DNA of 45,308 nucleotides from a virus (IMGVR_UViG_3300037424_000558:1-45308); one strand, 5' to 3'. Positions 1 through 6,894 are shown, numbered from the stretch's first letter. Program-made: numbers and translations. Notes: a model not told the origin generated them from the letters alone.

Positions 1-127
1 CTTGTATTTAGCAACCTGACCCCAAGAAAAAGTATCGATGGTAAAGTTGAGGACGTTGTTTTCTTTGGACTCCAATATTTCATAAAGGAATATTTGATGT
101 TTAAGTGGAACAAATACTTCTTTGAGG
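1..127. repeat. Terminal direct repeat (127 bp), copy 1; circular-assembly overlap
   Basis: 1-127 (cttgtattta...ctttgagg) is identical to 45182-45308, and a reading frame runs through the junction. Confidence 0.97.
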
Positions 128-1383
128 AGCCAAAAGAAAAGGTTGTGAACGATTACAAGCGCAGAATTGAAACGTCGCTCGGCAAGGGCGCGATAACTTT
201 CGAACACGTTGAAGCTCTTCACGATTTGGGATATTTGCCAATTGAAATAAAGGCATTGCCAGAGGGTTCATTAATCCCGTTTAAAGTCCCGTGCCTGGTA
301 ATTTACAACACAGACCCAGAATTTTTTTGGCTCACAAATTACCTCGAAACAATTCTTTCGTGTGTTATCTGGGGGGCTTGTACTTCTGCTACGACGGCAC
401 ACCGGTATAAAAAAATACTTAATGAGTACGCAGATTTAACCGTGGGTAACCGTGATTTCGTGCAATGGCAGGGACACGACTTTTCTTTTCGTGGCATGTT
501 TGGATTTGAGGCGGCCTGTATATCTGGAGCCGGACACCTTCTTTCCTTCACAGGAACTGACACGATACCAGCAATTGATTTTCATGAAAATTATTATGGA
601 GCAAATTCAGAAAATGAATTGATTGGTGCAAGCGTACCGGCAACCGAACATTCTGTAATGTGTATGGGTTCGGAAGAAAATGAAATCGGTACATTTAAGC
701 GACTGATTTCTGAAATATATCCAAACGGGATTGTTAGCATTGTTTCGGATAGCTGGGACTTTTGGAGAGTTATTACCGAATACTTGCCAAAGCTAAAAGA
801 TTTAATTTTAGCAAGAAACGGCAAGGTAGTTATCAGGCCAGATTCCGGAGACCCTGTAAAAATTATCTGTGGTGATAAAAGTGCCGTTGTCGGTAGTCCG
901 GAATATAAAGGTGCTATTGAGTGCATGTGGGAGGTTTTCGGCGGGACTATAACTGATAAAGAGTTTAAGCTTTTAGACTCTCATATCGGGTTAATTTACG
1001 GTGATAGTATAACTGTCGAACGATGCAAGGACATTTGCCAACAATTGTCCGACAAAGGATTTGCATCATTTAACGTCGTATTTGGTATCGGATCATATAC
1101 TTATCAGTATGTTACCCGTGATACGATGGGTTTTGCGATGAAGGCGACTTACGGTGAAATTAACGGGCAGCCGAAAGAGATCTTCAAAAAACCGAAAACT
1201 GACAACGGCGGCAAAGTTAGCGCCAGGGGGCTTGTTGCTGTCGATGATTCCCACGGTAAATTTTTACTTGTCGATCAAGTGGGTTGGGATCGTGTAAATA
1301 ACTGTAAATTAAAAACAGTTTTTAAAGATGGCAAACTGGTTGTCGATCAATCCTTGTCGGACATTCGGAAAATGCTTGGTTAA
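1..1383 (+). CDS. Nicotinamide phosphoribosyltransferase-family protein (Namat-like, NARP1), 3' part; gene starts at 45107 and crosses the junction (about 485 aa)
   Basis: Frame open from base 1 (LVFSNLTPR...). NAMPT motifs HDFSFRG, GHLLSFTGTD, SVPATEHSVM, SIVSDSWD, VIRPDSGDP, LIYGDSIT, FGIGSYTYQ, RDTMGFAMKAT. Confidence 0.93.
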   Translation, partial: LVFSNLTPRKSIDGKVEDVVFFGLQYFIKEYLMFKWNKYFFEEPKEKVVNDYKRRIETSLGKGAITFEHVEALHDLGYLPIEIKALPEGSLIPFKVPCLVIYNTDPEFFWLTNYLETILSCVIWGACTSATTAHRYKKILNEYADLTVGNRDFVQWQGHDFSFRGMFGFEAACISGAGHLLSFTGTDTIPAIDFHENYYGANSENELIGASVPATEHSVMCMGSEENEIGTFKRLISEIYPNGIVSIVSDSWDFWRVITEYLPKLKDLILARNGKVVIRPDSGDPVKIICGDKSAVVGSPEYKGAIECMWEVFGGTITDKEFKLLDSHIGLIYGDSITVERCKDICQQLSDKGFASFNVVFGIGSYTYQYVTRDTMGFAMKATYGEINGQPKEIFKKPKTDNGGKVSARGLVAVDDSHGKFLLVDQVGWDRVNNCKLKTVFKDGKLVVDQSLSDIRKMLG

Positions 1384-1388
1384 TAACC

Positions 1389-1565
1389 ATGGTTAAAACG
1401 ATATACCTATCGGACAAAGAGGCCTCTATTTTTTCGGAAATAGAGGTTCTTGCTAAACGCGATGACCGTGGTGTTGGATATAAAATAATTGAAATATTCC
1501 GTGAATGGAAAGGGCTTAAAGAAAGTACCGAGGCAGGAAGCCGAGGTCTTAGACGTCACGATTAA
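1389..1565 (+). CDS. Small ribbon-helix-helix (Arc/CopG-like) DNA-binding protein, 58 aa (absent from ORF track)
   Basis: ATG 5 nt after the Namat stop; MVKTIYLSDKEASIFSEIEVLAKRDDRGVGYKIIEIFREW... shows a beta-strand/helix/turn/helix RHH pattern; ends just before an attC-like site. Confidence 0.6.
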   Translation: MVKTIYLSDKEASIFSEIEVLAKRDDRGVGYKIIEIFREWKGLKESTEAGSRGLRRHD

Positions 1566-1578
1566 TTAATTGCATTTC

Positions 1579-1674
1579 ACCTAACGTTTGAGATTATGAG
1601 ACGGTTTCGTTATTTGCGAAACTGTGCCGAAGGCCAAGCCGGTATTCCGGCGAAGCTCATAATCTCTGTTAGGT
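1579..1674 (+). repeat. attC-like recombination site C
   Basis: ACCTAAC-GTTT-GAGATTATGAG(1590-1600)...three internal hairpins...CTCATAATCTC(1656-1666)-T-GTTAGGT. Confidence 0.8.
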
Positions 1675-1755
1675 GATGAATTTGCTACGACGATGAACTG
1701 GCACGGATGCCAGTGAAACATGGACTTATATTTTAAAAGTCAAAGGAGAATTAAA

Positions 1756-1962
1756 ATGAGAAAATAATACATTGATGAATTAAATTCATTAGAAGAGAGA
1801 ATGATAAAGGCTGAATACTTTGCTGAAAAAATACCAGTTCTTAGGGATGTTATTTTGGAAAATAAATATACCGAAGATGAGAAATACATTCAATCTGGAA
1901 GAACAGTTAGCTATTACAAATGATTAGACAGACACGATGTCTGGCTTTACTGTTATGATTGA
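1756..1962 (+). pseudogene. Disrupted cassette gene (MRK*YIDELNSLEERMIKAEYF...YYK*LDRHDVWLYCYD*)
   Basis: Strong RBS AAAGGAG before ATG 1756; in-frame TAA at codon 4 and TGA at codon 56; the frame fills the unit between sites C and D. Confidence 0.5.
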
Positions 1963-1975
1963 CTGCAAATTTTTC

Positions 1976-2030
1976 ACCTAACGCTTGCGCGTAGACGCCG
2001 TTTCCAATGGCGTTTGGCGCGCTGTTAGGT
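1976..2030 (+). repeat. attC-like recombination site D
   Basis: ACCTAAC-GCTT-GCGCGTAGACGCC...GGCGTTTGGCGCGC-T-GTTAGGT, 55 bp. Confidence 0.8.
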
Positions 2031-2099
2031 GATGTGCCAAAAGCGGAGTAAATTACATAAGCCATGGATGGCTTGAATAAAACATGGGAGATAAAGAAA

Positions 2100-2429
2100 A
2101 TGGATTTAATAAAACAATTTGAAAAAGAAAGTGGTCTTACATACCCAAAACATGACATGTCGGCTCAAGCCAATTTTGATGAACTATATGAAGAGTGGCT
2201 TGAAAATAAATTACGATGGATTGACATATCATACGACCTACCCAAAGAATCGGAAATTGTTGATATAATTGAAAAAAACTCAAACCGCCGAATACCGGAT
2301 GTTTTATTTAAAGCAGGTAAATTCTATTATTCAGTTTACGGTATATCCGAAATGGTTGAATTAACGACAGTTAAGTATTGGTATAAATTACCATCTATTC
2401 CAAAGCTCTGCACGGATGCAGAGCCGTGA
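2100..2429 (+). CDS. DUF551-like phage protein (cassette gene)
   Basis: RBS GGGAG before ATG 2100; WIDISYDLP...VKYWYKLPSIP matches the W-x-x-x-x-x-x-LP ... V-x-x-W-x-x-LP pattern of DUF551. Confidence 0.6.
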   Translation: MDLIKQFEKESGLTYPKHDMSAQANFDELYEEWLENKLRWIDISYDLPKESEIVDIIEKNSNRRIPDVLFKAGKFYYSVYGISEMVELTTVKYWYKLPSIPKLCTDAEP

Positions 2430-2442
2430 ATTTTGGCATTTC

Positions 2443-2521
2443 ACCTAACGCTGAGAATGGCCGAAGTTTTTTCGTCAGAAAAAATTTGGGGCGTATTTCG
2501 CCCGGCCATTCTCTGTTAGCG
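2443..2521 (+). repeat. attC-like recombination site E
   Basis: ACCTAAC-GCT-GAGAATGGCCG(2453-2463)...CGGCCATTCTC(2503-2513)-T-GTTAGCG. Confidence 0.8.
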
Positions 2522-2665
2522 GCTGTATTTTTTTTTGAACTATGACGAAACAGGAGGTTGAGGAACCAGTAAAAAAAGTTCGTTTTTTTGCTCTTTTTTA
2601 TTAAATAATACTTGCTTTTTTGGTCGATATATATAGTATGTACTATACTGTATTTAAGAGAGGGT

Positions 2666-2926
2666 ATGAAAATGAATATAACAGCAAACACAATAAAGTC
2701 AGGATCTAAGAACCTGTCTCAATCATGTACTTCGTTTGGGTGGGATAGTTATCTTATTGATAGTGATGACAATGTTATTGAGATATACACTAATAATGCT
2801 TCATCGGTTGGTCGCGCTCATAAAGGTGCTATTAAATATTTTCAAAATAATAGTAATAGTAAAATTTATACAAGAAAAAGTGGTGGGGATTGCTCATCAT
2901 ATGATGAAAGAACTACTCGGATATAA
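2666..2926 (+). CDS. Hypothetical protein (cassette gene)
   Basis: RBS GAGAGGG before ATG 2666; first of three tandem ORFs in the unit 2515-3366. Confidence 0.65.
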   Translation: MKMNITANTIKSGSKNLSQSCTSFGWDSYLIDSDDNVIEIYTNNASSVGRAHKGAIKYFQNNSNSKIYTRKSGGDCSSYDERTTRI

Positions 2927-2936
2927 GGTGATTATT

Positions 2937-3104
2937 ATGATATTAATAGCAATAGAACAAAATATGTATCAAGTTAAAAATTCAGTATACAAAAAATTAC
3001 TCAAATATTTTTCTGAGGATGAAGATAAATATAATAATTTGCTTCAAGAAATCCAGAATATGAATGAATCTACCGGTGTTGTTCAAACATTTTATTATAA
3101 ATAG
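2937..3104 (+). CDS. Hypothetical protein, 55 aa (cassette gene)
   Basis: AAGGTG RBS and ATG 2937 in the frame of track ORF 2736..3104; fits between neighbours without overlap. Confidence 0.55.
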   Translation: MILIAIEQNMYQVKNSVYKKLLKYFSEDEDKYNNLLQEIQNMNESTGVVQTFYYK

Positions 3105-3106
3105 CT

Positions 3107-3322
3107 ATGTCACAGGGTCAATACATAACCGCCCTATACAAAGCCCATGCAGCCCGTGAACAAGCGCGAGCGCACCTGATCGCGTTCATCGAAAACCACC
3201 CGATGTCAGGACGACAAAAGGCAATTTTATTCGGGTGGGGTGAGAATAATTATAATCACCGGATCAAGGCGATATCGGATAGTAAACTGATTGAGGCGGT
3301 GGAGATTTTGAGCCGACACTAA
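3107..3322 (+). CDS. Small protein, possible helix-turn-helix regulator
   Basis: MSGRQKAILFGWGENNYNHRIK segment resembles an HTH; last gene of the unit. Confidence 0.5.
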   Translation: MSQGQYITALYKAHAAREQARAHLIAFIENHPMSGRQKAILFGWGENNYNHRIKAISDSKLIEAVEILSRH

Positions 3323-3347
3323 GTCGGCGTTATTGGTAGGAAGTATT

Positions 3348-3366
3348 AAAAAATATTGCCGCTAAC
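3348..3366 (+). repeat. Left half of a truncated attC-like site F (end of array)
   Basis: AAAAAATA-TT-GCCGCTAAC is the inverse complement of the unit start GTTAGCGGC-TG-TATTTTTT at 2515; no matching GTT half found downstream. Confidence 0.65.
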
Positions 3367-3446
3367 TATAATTAAATGAAACTCGGATTAGACGAAATAA
3401 ACATTCGTGATAAGTCCAGAATTGGCGGATTAGACGAAGTAAAATT

Positions 3447-3926
3447 TCATACAAATAATCCAGTCGGATCAATCTTTTTTGTACGGTCAAAATATTCCCC
3501 AGGAGAACCGTCAAAATGCAGGTGTGGGCCGAAACTATATCCGGCGTCTCCGTATTGACCAAGTTTTTCACCTTGTTTAACAGTTTGACCAATTTTTACA
3601 ATATTTTCGGTTAGGTGGCAATATCGGAAACAATATGATTTCCCATCTATCAGAATACGCAAAATTACCATATTCCCCACAGAATCTTGAGACCGAAGCC
3701 ATCGAAAACGTTCGTCGTAAATGTCATAATCGAAATTAATTACACCGTCAGCCACCGAGATACAATCTCTATTCGCGTGAAATAAGTTTTGTCCCGGCCT
3801 ATTTTGATCTGGGACTGCGTTTACAAAATCAATGCCGTCATGGAATTGCTCGACCCCGTTTAGAATTCGCTTCCCATAACCGGAGGTAACATATTTGTCA
3901 TGTACCGGATAAATTAATTTGCTCAT
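3447..3926 (-). CDS. M23 family peptidase, endolysin
   Basis: VTSGYG, HDGIDF (HxxxD), YCHL, GPHLHF (HxH) motifs; adjacent to holin. Confidence 0.88.
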   Translation of the reverse strand: MSKLIYPVHDKYVTSGYGKRILNGVEQFHDGIDFVNAVPDQNRPGQNLFHANRDCISVADGVINFDYDIYDERFRWLRSQDSVGNMVILRILIDGKSYCFRYCHLTENIVKIGQTVKQGEKLGQYGDAGYSFGPHLHFDGSPGEYFDRTKKIDPTGLFV

Positions 3927-4327
3927 TTTCTTATCGCCGCCGATACCATTGACGCCGCTTTTTCAATTGTTCGACCACCGAAGTAAAATTGAAAAACTGT
4001 AATTATAAGCGTTTTTAGAATATCCATCATTGATTCTCCTGCGGAAAACCCGAAATAAGAAATTATAAAAACAATAGCATACCAAAGTGACAAAACAATT
4101 AGAGCTAGCGGCCTAACGTTCTTCGATAGCCAACTATCTGAAAGCATGTCAGAATTTTGCCTTTTTGTTAATTCAGATTCTATTGAGGTCTGGACGTCAA
4201 AATATTTTAGTTCAAGTTCTTTTGTAATTTCTGCCCGTTTATTCGGGTCAGGGATTAAATCAAGCCCTTTATTTATTGTATCCGAAATTGGTTTTAAAAA
4301 ACCGCTAAAATCAATTATTCCTGCCAT
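3923..4327 (-). CDS. Holin (3TM/GTA-holin-like)
   Basis: SDSWLSKNVRPLAL and FYFGGRTIEK motifs with hydrophobic segments; overlaps the lysin start. Confidence 0.8.
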   Translation of the reverse strand: MAGIIDFSGFLKPISDTINKGLDLIPDPNKRAEITKELELKYFDVQTSIESELTKRQNSDMLSDSWLSKNVRPLALIVLSLWYAIVFIISYFGFSAGESMMDILKTLIITVFQFYFGGRTIEKAASMVSAAIRK

Positions 4328-4390
4328 AAAATCATGTATTATGTCGTATTGTGGGCGTCAAATCAAAAAAAAAGTGAAAAAAAGTGCAAA

Positions 4391-4435
4391 AGTAAATAAA
4401 AAAGTGATTGACACGGGATATATTGTGTATATTAT
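4391..4435 (+). promoter_or_regulatory. Sigma70-like promoter with A-tract UP element
   Basis: AGTAAATAAAAAAGTGA-TTGACA(4408-4413)-16 nt-TATTAT; member of a repeated motif family. Confidence 0.6.
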
Positions 4436-4479
4436 TTACATACTGATTAACACAGTAAATAAAACAAAACAGAGGATTT

Positions 4480-4728
4480 ATGAGAACAAAACAAAAAATT
4501 GAAAGATGGGTAGAAAAACGAGGTGGAAGCATAGCAATAGGACATCCCCGTGAATGGCTAAAATCAGGTCAAAAATTTAGTCAATGGTACAACGAAACTA
4601 AAGAGCCCAAAAGAGCGTATTCTTATTCTTTATCAATGCCTGACATTTATCAGGGTGCATGGGTAGAGTCTGGAGAAATATTCACAAGTCTTAAAGATTT
4701 GTTTGAATCAATAAAATATAATATTTAA
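4480..4728 (+). CDS. Hypothetical protein
   Basis: RBS AGAGGA; first ORF after the promoter. Confidence 0.7.
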   Translation: MRTKQKIERWVEKRGGSIAIGHPREWLKSGQKFSQWYNETKEPKRAYSYSLSMPDIYQGAWVESGEIFTSLKDLFESIKYNI

Positions 4729-4835
4729 GCGGCAACGGTTCCCGGCGGGTTCGATTCCCGCCGCCGCAAACCGGGCAACCGGACAACCTCCGAACAGAGG
4801 TTCCTCTGACCGTTTGTTAAACTGGTCGGAGGTTG
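4729..4835 (+). ncRNA. Candidate structured RNA with a tRNA/tmRNA-like T-arm
   Basis: GGCGGG-TTCGATT-CCCGCC T-loop hairpin inside GCGGC/GCCGC; CCGG-GCAA-CCGG; CAACCTCCGA/TCGGAGGTTG stem; GC-rich intergenic island. Confidence 0.4.
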
Positions 4836-4858
4836 GAATGATAGGATAAAGGGTAAAT

Positions 4859-5047
4859 ATGAATAATTTTAAATCAGCATTGCATGAATATTTTGAAATA
4901 ATATTTAATTCTACAAAAGAAATTAAAATGGTAGGAAGAAAAGAATTGAATTATTTTGGAGAATCTGTTGGAATTAAAAGAAAGTATTTTGGACTTGAAT
5001 TTAATAAGTATTATCGTAAAAGAATTTTGGACAGTCTAAAACATTAA
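4859..5047 (+). CDS. Hypothetical protein
   Basis: 62-aa ORF with AAGGGT RBS. Confidence 0.55.
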   Translation: MNNFKSALHEYFEIIFNSTKEIKMVGRKELNYFGESVGIKRKYFGLEFNKYYRKRILDSLKH

Positions 5048-5092
5048 ATAAAAAAATGATTGACAACGCACAGCGAGGTTATAAATAAAAAC

Positions 5093-5317
5093 ATGGAAAT
5101 CACAGAACAAAACCTTTTAGACCTCAAAAAATCAGTACAGGAGAAAATACGACATTACGGCGTGTCTGGCGTGTCCAGAATAACCGGGATGTCAAAACAG
5201 TATCTTTGGGCAATCAATAAAAACGATCAGAATTTTTCGGCCGAAAAAGCGGCGCAAATTATGGATAAAATAAAAATTTGGGAGGTCGAACGTGAAAAGA
5301 AAATCATGGAAGATTGA
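5093..5317 (+). CDS. Cro/XRE-like HTH transcriptional regulator
   Basis: GVSGVSRITGMSKQYLWAI HTH-like segment; TTGACA at 5060 upstream. Confidence 0.65.
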   Translation: MEITEQNLLDLKKSVQEKIRHYGVSGVSRITGMSKQYLWAINKNDQNFSAEKAAQIMDKIKIWEVEREKKIMED

Positions 5318-5948
5318 GATACCGGAAAACGACAAACAGGCACATGGCAGAATTTTTCCGGTTCTTCCGCGCGCCGAAATTCATAGACTCGTCCAAGAAA
5401 AAGCGTTTCGACTGGGGTACGGCTGGCAATGTTACGGTAAGTCTATTTTTAATTTTGAATGCTTATTTTTAATTCTATCTGACGAAGCAATCATCACATT
5501 TACTAATTGTTTTGATGTATTTGAAGAATCCGAGGCCGAACAAATCGCATGGCAAGATTTTCTTGAATTGCCAGAAGGCGATTTGCGAGGTAAACCGATA
5601 TCGCCAGATTTTTTCAAGGAATTTCAAAACTTAAATGATTTTAGAAATTCAGAAATCATATCGAAACAGTTTACCGACGAACTTATGAAAATAATTTCAG
5701 AATCATTTCCAGCCCCATATTGGATCTTAAAATATAACTTTACAAAGGAACAAACAATGAAAAAAATTACAATCTCTCAGAAAATCACAGACGAAAACGG
5801 ACACTTAACCGGGGTTAAGGATATTAAGGAATTCCGAAACATTACAATAACCGAAGCCGCTATTAGATACGTCAAAGAATGCAAACTTGAAAATTCTGAT
5901 AATTTGATTTATAACGAATCAATCGAAAACTGGAGTAATTTTAAATGA
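5292..5948 (+). CDS. Hypothetical protein
   Basis: 218-aa ORF, GGAGG RBS before GTG. Confidence 0.65.
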   Translation: MKRKSWKIEIPENDKQAHGRIFPVLPRAEIHRLVQEKAFRLGYGWQCYGKSIFNFECLFLILSDEAIITFTNCFDVFEESEAEQIAWQDFLELPEGDLRGKPISPDFFKEFQNLNDFRNSEIISKQFTDELMKIISESFPAPYWILKYNFTKEQTMKKITISQKITDENGHLTGVKDIKEFRNITITEAAIRYVKECKLENSDNLIYNESIENWSNFK

Positions 5949-6036
5949 AAAATCCGTTGAATAACCTGAACACCCGTGGCAAGCTGGTTGTTTTTTGGTC
6001 AGTCCTGATAATCGGATTAATTCTGGCGGTGGTATT

Positions 6037-6204
6037 ATGAGAGGATTAAAACATTATCTAATTCCCATTAATTTTGAAATCAGAGCAACGTATATTGATG
6101 TAAAAGATATAAATGGGTTAATTTTAACTCATGTCAGATCGGGCGTTGAATTCTCATTTTATGTTTTCGGGATTAAATTATTTTTATGGAGGAAAGTTCT
6201 ATGA
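6037..6204 (+). CDS. Hypothetical protein
   Basis: ATG after GGTGG; overlaps the next start (ATGA). Confidence 0.5.
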   Translation: MRGLKHYLIPINFEIRATYIDVKDINGLILTHVRSGVEFSFYVFGIKLFLWRKVL

Positions 6205-6515
6205 ATCAGATTAAAAAAATACAGTATTGGAAAGAAGGCGAAAAAATTACTGAGATTATCGAACCGAGACAAATAGAAAGCCTTGAAAATCACCTGGTTA
6301 GGAGCAGAGAGGATAAAAAAGATAAATCAGTAAAACGACCGTTCAAAATTCAGCCGTCTTCTCGTGTCCGTGGCTATCGAGTCGAAAAACCAGGATTACC
6401 AGAACCATTATTTTTAAGAAAATATTCAGTTGCCGTGCTTGCTTACTGCGCTGGCGTTTTTCAGTCTCCTGGAATATTTTCAGGCAGAGGCGGAAAAATC
6501 GAGGCGGTGAGATAA
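6201..6515 (+). CDS. Hypothetical protein
   Basis: GGAGG RBS; translationally coupled to neighbours. Confidence 0.65.
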   Translation: MNQIKKIQYWKEGEKITEIIEPRQIESLENHLVRSREDKKDKSVKRPFKIQPSSRVRGYRVEKPGLPEPLFLRKYSVAVLAYCAGVFQSPGIFSGRGGKIEAVR

Positions 6516-6715
6516 TGGACAGTATCAGTAATTTGTTAAAATCAGCAGACAAGATTTTACAATCTTTTGAAGTTGGTGAAAATTCAAAACTTTCTGACAT
6601 TGAAAAAATTACGGTTTTGAAAATGGCTCATACTAATTTAGAGCTGTACGTACAGATGAAAACAATGGGAATTTTAATGGCAAAAACATTTGAAAACATG
6701 GACGGTAAAAAGTGA
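6515..6715 (+). CDS. Hypothetical protein
   Basis: TAATG-coupled 66-aa ORF. Confidence 0.6.
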   Translation: MDSISNLLKSADKILQSFEVGENSKLSDIEKITVLKMAHTNLELYVQMKTMGILMAKTFENMDGKK

Positions 6716-6894
6716 CAAAATTGCAAATAATCGCTGAATGGTATTCGTTTTTTTTGATAACTGTGGGTGTTTTAGGTATATCTGTAAAAATCAAAGATAA
6801 TGATTTTAATAAATCCGATTATTTACCGTCATTTATGTATATTTTCGGATATCTTCTTTATCTGAATATATTTTTGACACGGTGGTTATCGTGA
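6712..6894 (+). CDS. Small two-TM membrane protein
   Basis: Two hydrophobic segments; GTGA overlaps at both ends. Confidence 0.55.
   Translation: MTKLQIIAEWYSFFLITVGVLGISVKIKDNDFNKSDYLPSFMYIFGYLLYLNIFLTRWLS

Noticed and set aside
1-127. 127-bp terminal repeat as a biological DTR
   Set aside because: The length equals a common assembler k-mer and it falls mid-gene; it signals circularity, not virion ends.
94-1383. ORF-track start at 94 for the Nampt-like gene
   Set aside because: The frame is open to base 1, and the real start with RBS is at 45107 across the junction.
1756-1962. Alternative genetic code (stop reassignment)
   Set aside because: All core genes read intact in the standard code and use TAA, TGA and TAG as stops; the interruptions are local.
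1579-2521. CRISPR array interpretation of the repeated CACCTAAC/GTTAGGTG motifs
   Set aside because: The repeats are not identical direct repeats, the intervening units are gene-sized, and no cas genes are present.
1579-2521. att-like palindromes as simple rho-independent terminators
   Set aside because: Most lack U-tracts, and terminators would not explain conserved AAC/GTT cores or cassette-specific end pairing; a secondary effect on transcription is still possible.
2736-2936. Hydrophobic N-terminal extension of ORF 2736..3104
   Set aside because: It overlaps the better-supported 2666-2926 gene; an RBS supports the start at 2937.
4744-4770. Full tRNA gene
   Set aside because: Only a T-arm and a short closing stem; no D arm, anticodon arm or CCA.
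4781-4838. CAAC...GTTG hairpin as another att site
   Set aside because: It lacks the bulge after AAC, has no cognate cassette end, and lies outside the array.
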